Assembly: GCF_004010195.1 (NCBI RefSeq)
Contig: NC_057719.1
Location: 47,477,501-47,515,325 of the forward strand
Source of the DNA: Chiloscyllium plagiosum
Lineage: Eukaryota
Length of the DNA stretch: 37,825 nt
Direction of reading: 5' to 3'
In this document: piece after piece, positions 1 to 12,743 of the stretch
Layout: each line of letters starts with the position of its first letter
Numbering within the stretch: the stretch's first letter is position 1
Position numbers and translations under genes: made by a program
The notes under the pieces: model-generated
The model's database searches: none
Told to the model about the DNA's origin: nothing
What the model saw: only the letters and a program-made list of their open reading frames with translations

Positions 1-27
1 CTCTCTCTCTCTCTCTCTCTCTCTGTG

Positions 28-58
<31 letters not shown>

Positions 59-110
59 GTGTCTCTCTCTCTGTGTCTCTCTCTCTCTGTGTCTCTGTGT
101 CTGTCTCTCC
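1..110. repeat. (CT)n/(CTGT)n compound microsatellite
   Basis: Directly visible ct/ctgt tandem run at the window start. Confidence 0.95.
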
Positions 111-589
111 TATAATGTGTATTCACAAACTACATACAGTACTCTAGTTGTGACCTCACCAATGTTTCATCTACTTCTAGCAAAATGTCCCTTCTCTTAA
201 ACTCTGACTTGGCTGATAATATATTACACCATCTGCCGCCTTATCCCTTTGGTGCCAATAGGTATCAAACTAGGTGGGTAGTGTGCATGTGCATCAAGGT
301 CCATTTGATCTTCAGTGTTTCCCAGAGCCCTGCTGTAGAGTCCTATTTTTTAGTAGACCTGGTTTGAGGAACCATGTACTGTTGTTTTATGTATTGTGTA
401 CATGCTTATAAGTTCATATGTCTGTGCAGTTGGAAAATTGAAATTATTATTCAGCTATTTAGAAATGTATTTTGCTGTTCAGATGTGCACCTTTACTCCC
501 AAGTTTCTATTTACTGTCAATGGAGCAATGTGTTAATTTCAAATGAAGTGCGGGGAGGTTAAATCTAAGGTTTGAGTACAATTCAAGAA

Positions 590-1435
590 GGGAGCAAGTG
601 ATAAAGTGGGAAATTAAAGGCCGATCAGTCTGAACTTGGTGGTGGGAAAGCTATTGGACACTATATTCTATGTAGGACAGAATTAATCTGCATTTGGAGT
701 GGCAGGGATTATTGAAGAACAGTCGTCATAATTTTGTTAATGGGAGGCCCTGTCTGACCAACTTGATTGGAAGTTTGAGGTGACCAGGTGTGTAGATTAG
801 AGCAATGCTTTTGATGTAGTTTACTTTGACTTCAGCAAGCCTTTTTGTAAGGTCAGCAGGAGACTGACAGCAAAGAAAAGAACCCATGCGATCCAATCCG
901 TAATGGCAAAATGGATCCACATTTGGCTGTGTGGAAGGAAGCAGATGGTGATGGCTAAAGGTTGTATTTCCAACTGGACTTGTGTGTCCAGTGGGAACCA
1001 CAGGAGTGATGCCTTTGCTGTTTGTGATTTATATAAATGATTTAGACTTGTATGTAGGAGGTTGACCAATAAGTTTGCAGATATAAAAATTGATGGGGTA
1101 GTAAATAGTGAGGAGGATTACCTTAGTCTGTGAGAGGATATAGATGGGCTGATTGGTAGCAATTGGAATTCTATCTGGGTGACTGTAAGGTGGGCAAGGA
1201 AACAAAGTAAGGGAATACATTGTTCAAGCCTCAGAGGGATCTTGGTGTGTACACCGGTTATGCTGAAACAGTACAAAACCTTGGTTATGCCACAGCTCCA
1301 GTATTGAGAGGCATTATTATGTGCGCTTACAATGTGAAGATGACAGAGTCTTTGAGCTAAGTGTGGAAACATGGTATAGAACAATTAATTTTTTTTTGTT
1401 TGGTGCGCACTCTGCTGAAGGGGCTGTTCTGTGCT
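590..1435 (+). mobile_element. Degenerate CR1 LINE ORF2 (RT) fragment
   Basis: Broken frames read RPISLNLVVGKLL, DVVYFDFSKPF, LYINDLD, KFAD; many stops/frameshifts; CR1-like 3' end (ctgaaggggctgttctgtgctgta). Confidence 0.8.
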
Positions 1436-3494
1436 GTAGTTCTGACCCTAATTCAGAGTGAAGTTCAGTGCACTATTGAATGGGCCCTGTATTGTCATAA
1501 CATTTATGGATGAGATGTCAAACTGAAACTCTATCTGTAACCAGCTGATCCACCAAGCTTGTTTTTGCACTTTGGTCACTGAAACTACAGTAACAACTCA
1601 ATGGGAGTACAATTTAAGCTTTCCTTATTGTATATATCTCTATCAGATTTCCTTGAAATTTGCAAGGCTTTGAAATAAATGAAGCCAGCTCTTTTAAAAC
1701 CTATCTGAATAACTAAAGTTCCTACGTGTTTGCAAATTCTTGGGACTCCCTCTGCACTTTTTCCAAGGTCACTTTATCTCATGAGAGGATCCAAACTGAG
1801 TGCTAAGTTTAAATACGGTCAAATTAAGGAGCTGTCGAATGGTGTGGTTTTCATCTCTCTGCTTGTAGGATAAACCCTACACTACTTTGTATGGTATGGA
1901 TCTTTTATTCTCATGATTTCTGTAGAGTTCCTGGTAAATGAGAGTGAATTAGTCTTAGTCCTGTACCACACTGCATTTGTCCAGGTTAAGATGCCCTTTG
2001 GAAATTACATTTCATCTCTCAGAAGTTTATATTCTTCCAGTCTTAATATTTCACACATTATTTCATTTGCAAACATGTTTATCATCCTTCCAATATCACA
2101 TTTGGGCCCTTTAATGGGAATAGTGGACAGTATTAGCTCCTAACGTTGATCACTATGGGATGCCAATGGTAATAATCTCCAAATAGTGACCTGAGCCATG
2201 AATTGCTTGGCACAGGGTCAGTAAAATCTATGGCACAAAGATTACAGGAGAAATAGATTATAATTCATGGAATACTGGCACCAATACTGGGGAAAGACTG
2301 ATCTGGTCAGATTCGAACAGGTTCCACTTGAGTCAAAAACAAAAACACAACTGGCTGGAAAAGCTCAGCAAGTCTGGCAGAATCTGTCAAGAGAAATCAA
2401 AGTTCGTGCTTCGGGTCTAGTGACCTTTCCTCAGAACTGATGGAAACTTTGGAAAATGTTGGTTTATATGCAGAAGATAGGGTGGGGGACAGGGTAAAGA
2501 GCAAACAATAGGTAGGGTTAGAGCCCAAAGAGATCAGACAAAGGAGTCGATGGCCATCTGGCTGGGAGGGTGAATAGCTGTTAAGAGACGGTTAGTGGCT
2601 AATAATAGTCTCTCATTACACACTGATGTGGTGGGAGGCTAGGACATGGGAGGTTCAGGCCCTAAAATTATTGAACTTGATAGTCCAGAGGGCTGCAGGA
2701 TCCCCAAGAGGAAGATGAGGTGTTTTTCTTCTAGCTTGTACTGAGCTTTACTGGAGCACTGTCACAAGATTGACAGATATTGGCCAGAGATTGTGGAAGT
2801 GCAGGTTCACTTGGAGGATATGCTTTGGGCCCTTAGATACAGAGGAGCGAGAAGGTAAATGGGGAGGTGTTCAACTTTCAGCAGTTGCAGGTGAAGGGGA
2901 AGTTGGGAGTGAAGGAAAAGTCTACAAGGGTGTCCAACTGGGAACGGTCCCTGCAGAAGGTAGACAAGGGAGGGGAATGGAATAACTGTCTGCTGGTGGC
3001 ATCTTGCTGAAGGTGGGAATAGCGACTTATGATCTTCTGGACGTGGATGCTGGTGGGATGTTAGGAAAGGACAAGGCGATTTTTGTTGTGGGAGGGAGGA
3101 TGGAGGGGGGGGTGGGGGTGAGGGCAGAAATGTGGGAGACTGTCGACAGGCCTCTTAACCGGGTCCAAACAATGGTGCTGGGGAATCCTTGGTGAAGAAA
3201 AGGTGGACATTTCAGAGGATCCCTTGTCTAAGTTGGAACATATGCAATGGGGACTGCGGAACTGGGCAAATGGAATGGAGTCTTTTTCCAGGAAACTGGA
3301 TGAGAGGATGTACAATTCAGGTAGCTGTGGGAGTTCATAGTGGATATTAGTGGCCAGTCTATCCCCAGGAGAACAGTTGGAAGAACAACACCTCATTTTC
3401 TGTTTGAGGATGCTGCAGCCTTCTGGACTTGATATTTTAGGGCCTGAACTCCCCTATGTCCTAACCTCTTAACACGTGCACCAGGCCTCACATT

Positions 3495-3738
3495 GGGAGA
3501 AAGTGAGGACTGCAGATGCTGGAGGTCAGAGTCGAAGAGTGTGGTGCTGGAAAAGCACAGCAGGTCAGGCAGTATCAGAGGAGCAGGAGAATTAATGTTT
3601 CAGGCATAAGCCCTTCATCAGCCAATATTCCAACCACCCTGTCAACATGACTGTTTTGATCCTTAGGAAAGCCTATCCACCGGCCTGCTCCTCGGATGCT
3701 GCCTGACCTGTCCTCTTCCAGCACCACTCTCAACTTAC
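3495..3738. mobile_element. Short fold-back PLE-terminus element (family B) nested in the family A element
   Basis: Arms ~3533-3590 and ~3684-3735 are inverted copies; flanked by cacatt (3489-3494 / 3739-3744); same sequence family as 12711, 17237, 22397, 27198. Confidence 0.75.
3590..3621 (-). ncRNA. Minimal hammerhead ribozyme motif, family B (degenerate)
   Basis: Reverse complement CTGATGA-A-GGGC-TTAT-GCCT-GAAAC-AT-T; core boxes present, stem I 5' strand lost and stem III mismatched. Confidence 0.55.
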
Positions 3739-3911
3739 CACATTCTGTCATTACATGCTACCTATTGTTTATCCACTAACAGCCTCCATTAGCACTGTTC
3801 ACCCTCCCAGCCAGATCATTGACTCCTTTGTTTATCCAGCTGTTCTTCTGTCTCTTTGGGCTCTATCTCCCTACCTAACGTTTACTGACCAACATTTGCC
3901 TGGCTACCATC

Positions 3912-3949
3912 AGTTCTGAGGAAGGCTCACCGGACCCGAAAGATTAACT
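3912..3949 (+). ncRNA. Minimal hammerhead ribozyme motif, family A (degenerate)
   Basis: AGTT-CTGAGGA-A-GGCTC-ACCG-GACCC-GAAA-GA-TT-AACT; stem I AGTT/AACT. Confidence 0.55.
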
Positions 3950-4059
3950 TTATTGTTTCTTCTCAGATGCTGCCAGACTGACTGAGCTTTTCCAGCAACT
4001 TCTGTTTTTGATTTTACAGCATGCACAGTTCTTTTAGTTCCATTTGGGGACTAGGATCT

Positions 4060-4745
4060 TGGTGACTTGCATAGCTAGGGTGTAGATAGACTTTAAACTA
4101 AATAGTGGTAGGGGAGATTCAGTTGCATGGAAAGTTGGTAACAAAAAAAATAAAGGATTGTAGAGGTTGAGTGCAGTTCAGATGAGGCTGATTGTTACCA
4201 GAAGTTGAAAGGATAGAGCATGTGAATATCATATTGCACCAAGAAATCATTGACTAGACAAAATTGATATTTTAGACATTATTCTAAAGTTTAACAGTGC
4301 AAATGGAGACCAATAGGTATGATTTTAGTGATGAGCACGGAGATGTGGTTACATGGGGACCAGGACTGGGAATTAAATATCCAAGGATACTCCATGTTTT
4401 GGAAGTAAGAAAAGGAGATGATGTAGCTTGCTTAGTAAGGGAAGAGGTCAGAGCTATATAGTGAGAAATGGTTACAGACGTTGGGGGTTAAGATGGAGCA
4501 TCATTCTAGACAGAAATAAGAAACTGGGAAAGAAGACCAGAGTGAAAGCATCCATGGCTGAACAGTCAAGTTAAAGACAACATGTTGCTAAAGTCAGTGG
4601 CAGGCTGGAGAATTGGGAAACTCTTAAAGACCAAAGGATTACTGATAAGTAATTTTAAAAAAAAAGCAAAGTTAAAATAAGAAAGTTAGTTGAAAATAAA
4701 AAAAAAGGCCAAAGTGAGTCCCTTTTATGGATGAGGCTTGAGGGT
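4060..4745 (+). mobile_element. Old CR1 LINE fragment (endonuclease region)
   Basis: 4318-4395 reads approximately YD-LVMSTEMWLHGDQDWELNIQGYS, matching the CR1 APE motif (D-x-x-A-I-T-E-T-W-L); heavily decayed. Confidence 0.65.
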
Positions 4746-4769
4746 TAAATGGGAAACAGCTGAAATACC

Positions 4770-5125
4770 TTTTTTAATCCTTTCAAGGATGAGGGTATTG
4801 CTGGCTAGGCCGGCATTTATTGCTCATACCTAACTACCTATAGGGCATTAAGAGTCAACCACATTGCACTGGGTCTGGAGTCACATGTAGGCCAGACTAG
4901 GTAAGGATGACGGTTTCCCTCCCAAAAGGACATTTATTCAATCAAATGGGTTTTTGTAATAAATGACTATGGATGTGTGGTTGTCATTAGATTATTAATT
5001 CCAGACTTCTTTTGAATTCAAATTCCAACATCTGATATGGCAGATTCAAACCCAGGTCCCCAGAACATTACTTGGGTCACTGGATTAACAGTCAAGCAAT
5101 AACGCTACTAGGCTATCACTTCCCC
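4770..5125 (-). mobile_element. tRNA-derived SINE, apparently full length
   Basis: Reverse complement starts gggaagtgaTAGCCTAGTAG (A box) ... GGGTTTGAATC (B box) and ends in an A-rich tail (tttttt at 4770-4776 on +). Confidence 0.8.
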
Positions 5126-5504
5126 TAAACTTGTTTGTACAGAGGGTGCTGAACTATTCCAATAGTAACAGAAAATGCAGAGATAATAGAAAAGCACAAA
5201 CTTGATACAATTGCCATCATTTGGGAGGAAAAGATTAAAGCACATTTTTGTGTGGTTTTTGAGTAGACATTAGGAGTGATGTGACTGAGGAAAGAGGGTG
5301 TGCAGAAGAGATTTATCAGGATGTTACCGGGGCTGGGATGTTTACTTGTGAACAGAGATTGGATAGCCTGGGATTGTTTTATTTAGAGAGATGAAACTGA
5401 AGGGGGCATCATGAGTTTAATGTAGAGAAGCATGAGGTTATCCATTTTGGTCAGAAGAATAAATAGTCTAAAGGAGAGCAACTTCAAATTTTTTTTCCTG
5501 GGAA

Positions 5505-6835
5505 TCCATAAGACACAGGAGCAGAAATCAGACTTTTTTGGCCCATCATGTCTGCTTTGCCATTCAATCATGGCTGACGGGTTTTGCAATCCCATTTTCT
5601 GGCTTCCTCCCCCTTGGCAAGCAAGAACTTATCTATTGCTGTTTTAAATATACCTGATGACCTGGCCTCCACAGCCTCCTGTGGCAACGAATTCCACAGA
5701 TTAACCATTCTCTGGCTAACGAAGTTTCTCCTTATCTCCATTCGAAAAGGTCTTCCCTCTACTTTAAGGCTGTGCCCTCTGGTCCTAGTCTCTCCTACCA
5801 ATGGAAACATCTTCCCAACGTCCACTCTGTCCAGGCCATTCCACATTTTGTAAGTTTCAATCAGATGCCCCCTTATCCTTCTAAATTCAGAATATAGTTC
5901 GAGTCCTAAAATTTTCCTCATGTTAAGCCTTTCATTCCTGGGATCATTCTCGTGAACCTCCTCTGGACCCGCTCCAGGGCCAATACATCTTTCCTGAAGT
6001 ATGGAGCCCAAAATTGCTCTCAATACTCTGAAGCTCTGGTCAGACCACATTTAGAAGTACATCCCTGCTTTCATATTCTAGTCCACTTGAGATGAATGAC
6101 AACACTGTATTTGCCTTCCTAACTACTGACTCAACCTGCAAGTAAACCTTGAGTCCTACTCCAGGTTTCTCCTTTTTGCACTTCTGAATTTTCTCTCCAT
6201 TTAGAAAATAGTCCATGCCTCTATTCTTATCAAAATCCATGATCTGTCACTTTCCCATGTTGTATTTCATCTGCTGCTGCTTTGTCCACACTCCTAACCT
6301 GGTTAAATCTTTCTGCAGCCTGCCTTCCTCCTCAATACTAACTGCCCCTCCCCCTATCTTTGTACTATCTGCAAACTTAGCCAGGATGCCTTCAGTTCCT
6401 TCATCCAGATTATTTATGTATAAAGTGAAAAGCTGTGGTCCCAACACTGAACCTTGTGGAACACCACTAGTCACCAGCTTCCATCCTGAGAAGAACCCTT
6501 AATCTTCAGTCCATGCTAGTACCTGGCCTCTAACACCATGGGTCCATATCTTACTCTGACGTCACTTGTGCAGCACCTAATCAAAGGCTTCTGGAAGTCC
6601 GGATAACATCCATTGGCTCTCCTTGGTCTAACTTGCTTGTTATCACCTCCAAAGAATTCTAACAGACTTGTCAGGCATGATCTCCCCATCCTGACTTTGC
6701 CCCATTTTACCATACATTTAAAAGTATTCAAAAATCTCATTCTTCGCAGTGGACTCCCAAAATCTTACCAATAATGAGGTCGGACTAATCGGCCTATAAT
6801 TTCCTAACTTTTGCCTTGCTCCCCTCTTAAACAGG
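5505..6835 (-). mobile_element. 5'-truncated CR1 LINE (RT to 3' UTR)
   Basis: Minus ORFs: NYRPISPTS, GRSCLTSLLEFF, VTSGVPQGSVLGPQLFTLYINNLD, KFADSTK, TRGHSLK..RNF..QRMVNLWNSLP; 3' end near 5505. Confidence 0.92.
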
Positions 6836-6879
6836 AGAATCATGTACAGGGACACCCAATGCCTCAGCAACAAAACTAG

Positions 6880-7500
6880 TATGCAATTACAGCAAGTAAT
6901 AAGGAAAGCAAATGGAATTTTGACATTTATTTCTAAAAGGTATGAAAGTAGGGAGATGTTACAATTGTAACCATATCTGCATTGAGACCATATCTTGAGT
7001 ACTGCGAACAATTTTGATCCCTTTACTTGAAGGGTGTAATTGCATTGGAGACAGTTCAGAGATATTCACTCGATTAATTCAAGATTAAACACTTGCTTTA
7101 AGCAGAGGTTGTTTAGTTTAGGTATATACTCCAGCGTTTGGAGGAATGGGAGGAAATGTAGTTGAGGCGCATGAGATGCTGAAGGAATCCACCAATGTGC
7201 TGTAGAATGTATGTTTCTCCTTGTGGGATAATTTAGAGCAGGAGTTTTAGACTAAGGGTTGGCAGATTTAAAACAGAAGAGGAGGAACTACTTCTCAAAG
7301 GATTATAATCTGTGGGATTTTCTACCAGAGGGTGCGGTGGATGTCAGGACACTAAATAAATTTGAGCAATTTTTAATTAGTAATGGGTTGAAGGGGAATG
7401 GGCATGAAAGTGAAGCTGAGGCCAAGATGTGATCAGCCATGATCATGTGAAGTGGCAAATGCAGGCTTGCGGGATTGAATTCTCTACTCCAGCTCTTAGT
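6880..7500 (+). mobile_element. Older CR1 LINE 3' part, continuing from 5410-5490 and interrupted by the minus-strand CR1
   Basis: QQVIRKANGILTFISK, LRPYLEYCEQF, later NLWDFLP and CR1-type 3' UTR; 5424-5460 reads EKHEVIHFGQKN, the segment immediately upstream in CR1 ORF2. Confidence 0.75.
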
Positions 7501-7809
7501 TATTTTCCAACCTGCCTCCTCAGATATTGCTAACCATTTTGTACAATGGATTGGAGCCAATTTTTTAATCTAGCAACATCGCTGTATCTTAGGTGAGCTA
7601 CTGAGAAGCACCTTGTCTTTTCTAATGATCATGAGAAGCATCTCTTACATTCCTCCGTTTAAGCATGTTGCGTAAGATGGATGGAAAGTGTAGTTCTGAC
7701 TCTGAACTTTCCTCTTTGCTTGGTTTCTGTGCAGTGTGATGGCAGACTTTATTCTGTTTCTCTAATTAGTGTTGTTGTGTAGATTTCCCCTGCATGTAAA
7801 GTGTTATCT

Positions 7810-8160
7810 CTGCATCAGTGGGCATTATTCTTGCCCCTCAGTGCTTTCTACTCCAGGACTTGATCTCAATCTAGGCTGCCCTGTGGGAGTGCTATGTGGT
7901 TGGAGGTTTCATCTTTCATTAGATGGAATAAACTTTCCAGTAGATGCAAAGGATCCGTGGAATAATTCGAACAAAAACTATCATTATCCTTTTGTCCTGA
8001 CCAATATTTATCCTTCAGTCCATATCATAAAATCAGATTATCTGATCTTTATCACATTGCTTTTTATGGGAGTTTGCTGTGCTCAAATTGGCTGCCACGT
8101 TTCCTACATTTCTAAACAATAATTAGACTTCAACAACTGTAAATCTGTAATCTGAGGTCA
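7810..8160 (+). mobile_element. Deu-domain SINE (SacSINE1/AmnSINE1-like)
   Basis: Contains tgtcctgaccaatatttatcc..cagattatctgatctttatcacattgct..gggagtttgctgtgctcaaattggctgccacgtttcctacatt, matching my recollection of the DeuSINE consensus. Confidence 0.75.
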
Positions 8161-9112
8161 CCCTCTTTGCTGTCCACTACACCTCCAATTTTGGTGTAAT
8201 CTGCAAACTTACTAACTGTACCTCTTACGCTCGCATCCAAATCGTTTATGTAAATGACCAAAAAGTAAAGGACCCAGCACCGATCCTTGTGGCACTCCAC
8301 TGGTCACAGGCCTCCAGTCTGAATGAACAAACCCCCCACCACCCTCTGTCGTCTTCCTTTTGAGCCAGTTCTGCATCCAAATGGCTAGTTCTCCCTTTAT
8401 TCCATGAGATCTAACCTTGCTAATCAGTCTACCACGGGGAACCTTATCGAATGCCTTGCAGAAGTCTATATAGATTCATCTACTGCTCTGCCCTCATCAA
8501 TTTTCTTTGTTACTTCTTCAAAAAAACGCAATCAAGTTTGTGAGACATGATTTCCCATGCACAAAACCTTGTTGACTATCCCTAATCAGTCCTTCCTTTC
8601 CAAGTACATGTACATCCTGTCCCTCAGGATTCCCTCCAACAACTTGCCCACCACCGAGGTCAGGCTCACTGGTCTATAGTTCCCTGGCATGTCTTTACCG
8701 CCCTTCTTAAACAGTGGCACTACGTTTGCCAACCTCCAGTCTTCCGGCACCTCACCTGTGACTATCGATGATACAAATATCTCAGCAAGAGGCCCAGCAA
8801 TCACTTCTCTAGCTTCCCACAGGGTTCTCGGATACACCTGATCAGGTCCTGGGGATTTATCCACCTTTAACCATTTCAAGACATCCAGCAGTTCCTCCTC
8901 TGTAATCTGGACATTTTGCATGATGTCACATGTATTTCCCTATGGTCTATATCTTCCATATCCTTTTCCACAGTAAATACTGATGCAACATATTCATTTA
9001 GTATCTTCCCCCATTTTCTGTGGCTCCACACAAAGGCCACCTTGCTGATCTTTGAGGGGCCCTATTCTCTCCCTAGTTACCATTTTGTCCTTAATATATT
9101 TGTAAATCCTTT
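8155..9112 (-). mobile_element. CR1 LINE internal ORF2 fragment
   Basis: ORF 8586-8921: KSPGPDQVYPRTLWE..VPEDWRLANVVPLFKKG..NYRPVSLTSVVGKLLEGI; continues into the VTSGVPQGSVLGP region. Confidence 0.92.
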
Positions 9113-9367
9113 CTAGAGAAAGGATAAGAACTAAATATTATTGGTCTGCATTTTTAAAATTAGTTTTTACAGGGAAAATTATTTTATGTAAAGTATTTGT
9201 GAATATTTATGCTTTTGTATTTCAATCTAAACGCTCTGATTTGTATCTTTGTTGAATAAATCTTGTTTTAATATAAATCAATTATTCTTTATTTAAGAAA
9301 TCTGAATTGGATTTTATAAGAATCCTAATATTAAAGTATATGTTAGCCATATCAGTACTTGGGTTAA

Positions 9368-9450
9368 GCCTGTTGGACTATAACCTGGTGTTGTGTGACC
9401 TTCAACTTTGTACGCCCCAGTCCAATACTGGCATCTCCAAATCATGACTA
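9368..9450 (+). mobile_element. PLE family C 3' terminus fragment
   Basis: cctgttggactataacctggtgttgtg..cccagtccaa shared with 19580-20021, 20064, 29940, 32515. Confidence 0.7.
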
Positions 9451-9911
9451 TCTTTAAGGGGACAATCCTATTTGACCAGATAATAATTATTTGAAAGGAT
9501 GGCAGGGTAGAAGAGTATGTCATGCAGTAAACAATCTTTTTAAATGAGATTTCCAAAAGTCTTGAATAAGTTGCCTCAATAGACTAATGAACAAGAGTCA
9601 AAAATGTGGGTTGCCAAGGAGCAGAAATGGTGGATATGTAATTATTTGCAGGACAGAATGCAGGTGGCACATGGTGAAAAGTGAGTTCCCATAAAGGTCC
9701 TAATGTTGGGTTCACTGTTCATAATGAGACCATTTTTTAAAATAAAACTTATTGAAGTTATTTCTAGCAAGAGAACTGAAAAGTGTAAAAGAAACCGTGA
9801 CACCTGTTCATGTCCTCAACCGTTTTATCCCACCCCCAAAATTTTTTTCTAGTAGTTATTTCAAATACCACACCATGTGAATAGCCTCCGTCTTAGACTG
9901 TTTGCCCAACA

Positions 9912-11270
9912 TCATAGGGACGTAGGAATTAGGAGCGGGAGTAGGCGATTCAGTCCTTTTGAGCCTACTCCGCCATTTAACATGATCGTGGCTGATCTTA
10001 TCCTTGTCTTAACTCCACTCTTCTGCCTGCTTCCTAAAGCCCTTTATCCCATTTTTTCATCAGAAGCATGTGTTTCTTTCTTTACTCTGTTGTTTAATTC
10101 TGCCTCCACTGAACTCTGAGGCAGTGAGTTCCATTGATTCTCAACCCTCTGTGAAGTGGTTTCACCTCATCTCAATTTTGAACCTACCTCCTTTGACCTC
10201 TTCTTTGAGACTATTCTACAAGGGGGATAATCTGTTAAACGTCCACCTCAACAATCCTCTTTAGCATTTTATATACCTCAAACAGATTTCCTCCCCTCAT
10301 TCTTCTGGACTGCAGCAAGTACAAGCCAGAGCTATTTAACTGCTCCTTATACAACAACCCTCTTGCATTTGGAATTAATCTGGTGAACCTCTTCTGAACT
10401 GCCTGCAGTGCCACCACATCCTTCCTCAAGTAAGACCAAAACTGGACATACCATTCCAGGTGTGGTCTCACAACACCTTGTAACTTTTATAATAAATGCC
10501 ATGATTTCATTTGCCTTTCTTATAAGCTGCACCTGCATACTTTCTGCAATTCATGCACAAAGATGCCCAGATCCCTCTGCATTGATGTATTTCAATCTGC
10601 TTCCCATTTAAATAATTTGCCCCCTTCTTTTCCAGCCAAAAAATGGACAACATTGCACATATCAGCATTAAACTCCATCTGCTAGATTCTGGCCAATTCT
10701 CCTATCCTATCAGGATCTATCTGTAAACTTATTTTATCTCATTGCCACCTTCCCACCTATTTTAGGACCATCTGTGAACTTTGCTCTGTTGTACTCTGTC
10801 CCTGCTTGCAGATCTTTTATGCAGATTGTAAATATTCGAGGTCTGTGAACTCAACTCTGCCGCACCCAACTAGTTATAGTTCACTGTCCAGAGAAGGCCA
10901 TGTTTATCCCAATCTTCTGCTTTCTGTCATTCAGCCAATTTTCTATACAAACCAATACACAAGCCCCTGGAATCTAACCTTCTGGAGCAGTTTTTTTATG
11001 TGGCACCTTTGTCAAATGCCTTCTGGAAGTCTCTATATAACACAGCCATCAGTTCCCCATGATACACCTTGCTGGTTACATCCTCAGACCTCCAGGAAGT
11101 TTGTCAAGCATGACTTCACCTTCCTGAAACTGTGCTGACCCTAGTGAATTGAGCCTTGGTTTCCCAAGTACAATATTGAGGTTTTTTTGTGATTGACTCC
11201 AGCAACTTCCCCACTACAGAGGTCAAACTAATTGGTCCATAGTTCTCCACTTTACTTTTTTGAATAAATA
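9912..11270 (-). mobile_element. 5'-truncated degenerate CR1 LINE
   Basis: Minus ORFs: NYGPISLTSVVGKLLESI, IRKANEIMAFI, RPHLEWYVQFWS..VQKRFTRLIP; 3' UTR near 9912. Confidence 0.88.
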
Positions 11271-11499
11271 AGGGTTCTGGATGAGCTGCGGTTTCCTCCA
11301 AATAAACATTATTTTGCTTTGTCATCACAGCTCCGTTCCTTTGCTTTCTGTCTCAGATTAAGTGTGTGTGTGTGTTTGTGTGTGTTAAAAAGCTGCTCTT
11401 TCTATTTGACTCTCATTTCAGACTTTGAATTTTAATATATCTGCTTCCCCACATATATTAAGTACTTCCAACTCTCTGCTTATTGACTGCTAAAACCCT

Positions 11500-11870
11500 T
11501 CTCGATGCTTTTGTTATCACTAAGCTCTATTATTCAAGGTCCCTAGCTTAACACAGTCTTGCAGAACTTTAGGTCACCAGATCCTGCTATCCATGTCCTA
11601 AATTGTGCCAGTTCCCATTCACCTATTGCCTATATGCTTGTTGCTGTTTGTGCCGTTTATCGCTAGCAGTTCAATTTAAGAGTCATTATCTTCATCTTCA
11701 AACTTATCCATGGCATGGTCCTGCCCTCTTCTATTTCTAAACAACAACTTACTAGTTCCTGTGCATCTTCCAATGTCTGTCTCTGTTACAACTCCCACTC
11801 ATTTGATGTCACCATTGGCGACCATATCTTTTAATCTTCCAGGATCCAAGCTTTGGTCACCTATCAAAAG
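11500..11870 (+). mobile_element. Very old L2-like LINE 3' fragment
   Basis: Near 11674-11735 reads like FK..IIFIFKLIHGM.., resembling the L2 C-terminal FKILxLxFKxLHGLAPxYL motif. Confidence 0.4.
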
Positions 11871-12289
11871 AGCGTCTCCTTTAGTTCCATGTTACTGTTT
11901 AAATGTGTATGTATATATCATTTCATTACATAGAAGGTTTGAATACCACATATCTCAAGGTATTGCATAACTGTTATTTAAGACTTCTTGAGGCTTTCAT
12001 TTTAACAATACAAAAATATTTTGCTCTTAATATACAAAAATAGACTGACCCAAATTTTTATCAGGGTGGCCTAATGATGTAACTAACAATTGTAGTCACA
12101 AAATGGCAAAACTGGTAAGATTCTGGACTTGAACCAGCTGATTATGGTGATTATTTTTTAATTTAAAAGGTATTTTGTTGCAATGGGTTCATTTTTGGAG
12201 GCAGTGAATAGTATAGCGCAGAAAGAGGCCTTTTGAGGTACTTAAAATTGAACTTGAATAAATAAAATGTTCTAATCACTATAAAGTGG

Positions 12290-12420
12290 ATAACCAGGGG
12301 ATGCAAATTTCAAATGATTGACAAAAGAACCAAATGTAGCATAAGGAATTCTTTTTATGTAATAAGTGGTTAGGATCTGAAATGTGTTTATTTGGTGAAG
12401 CAGGACTTTATTTCAGGGAC
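12290..12420 (+). mobile_element. Short CR1 3' fragment
   Basis: ITRGCKFQMID..RNSFY..VVRI, the decayed TRGH..RNFF..RVVxxWN motif. Confidence 0.5.
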
Positions 12421-12707
12421 ATTGGCTTCAACCTTTTTATTCTGAAATGAAAAAGAATGAGTCCTATCCAGTTATCTCTCTAATCATGTACAGTGTCTCT
12501 TATTAATGAAAGAAATGGAAATGGCCACAAGGGGGTGATCTGTGCTTTTTGTCTTGCAAATGATGGCTATGCAAATTACTTTTGTCATATTTGCTTCTTC
12601 TAAGCTTCAATTGTGATATAAAAAATAAATTGCATTTTGGGTGGCCAACTTAATGACACGGTTTCTTTTTGGAGTTTGTGCATCACTCCATATTACCCCC
12701 TCATATT

Positions 12708-12743
12708 ATTCCTGAAGAAGGGCCTGTGCCCGAAATGTCGAAT
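12708..12743 (+). ncRNA. Minimal (PLE-type, type I) hammerhead ribozyme motif, core intact
   Basis: ATTC[stem I]-CTGAAGA-A-GGGC-CTGT-GCCC[stem II]-GAAA-TG-TC-GAAT[stem I']; predicted cleavage after C12739; loopless stem III. Confidence 0.7.

Larger units (their letters stand above)
2335..4035 (-). mobile_element. Penelope-like element remnant (family A) with inverted terminal repeats
   Basis: Minus strand reads KDSIPFAQF..ICS..SSEMSTF (RT C-terminal region) and QCSSKAQYKLEEKHLIFLLGILQPSGL (GIY-YIG C-terminus). 2335-2740 is the reverse complement of ~3375-4010. Hammerhead-like motifs at ~2401-2438 (-) and 3912-3949 (+). Confidence 0.8.

Noticed and set aside
5040..5125. tRNA genes at A/B-box sites (also 21265-21350)
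   Set aside because: No convincing cloverleaf; better explained as SINE heads
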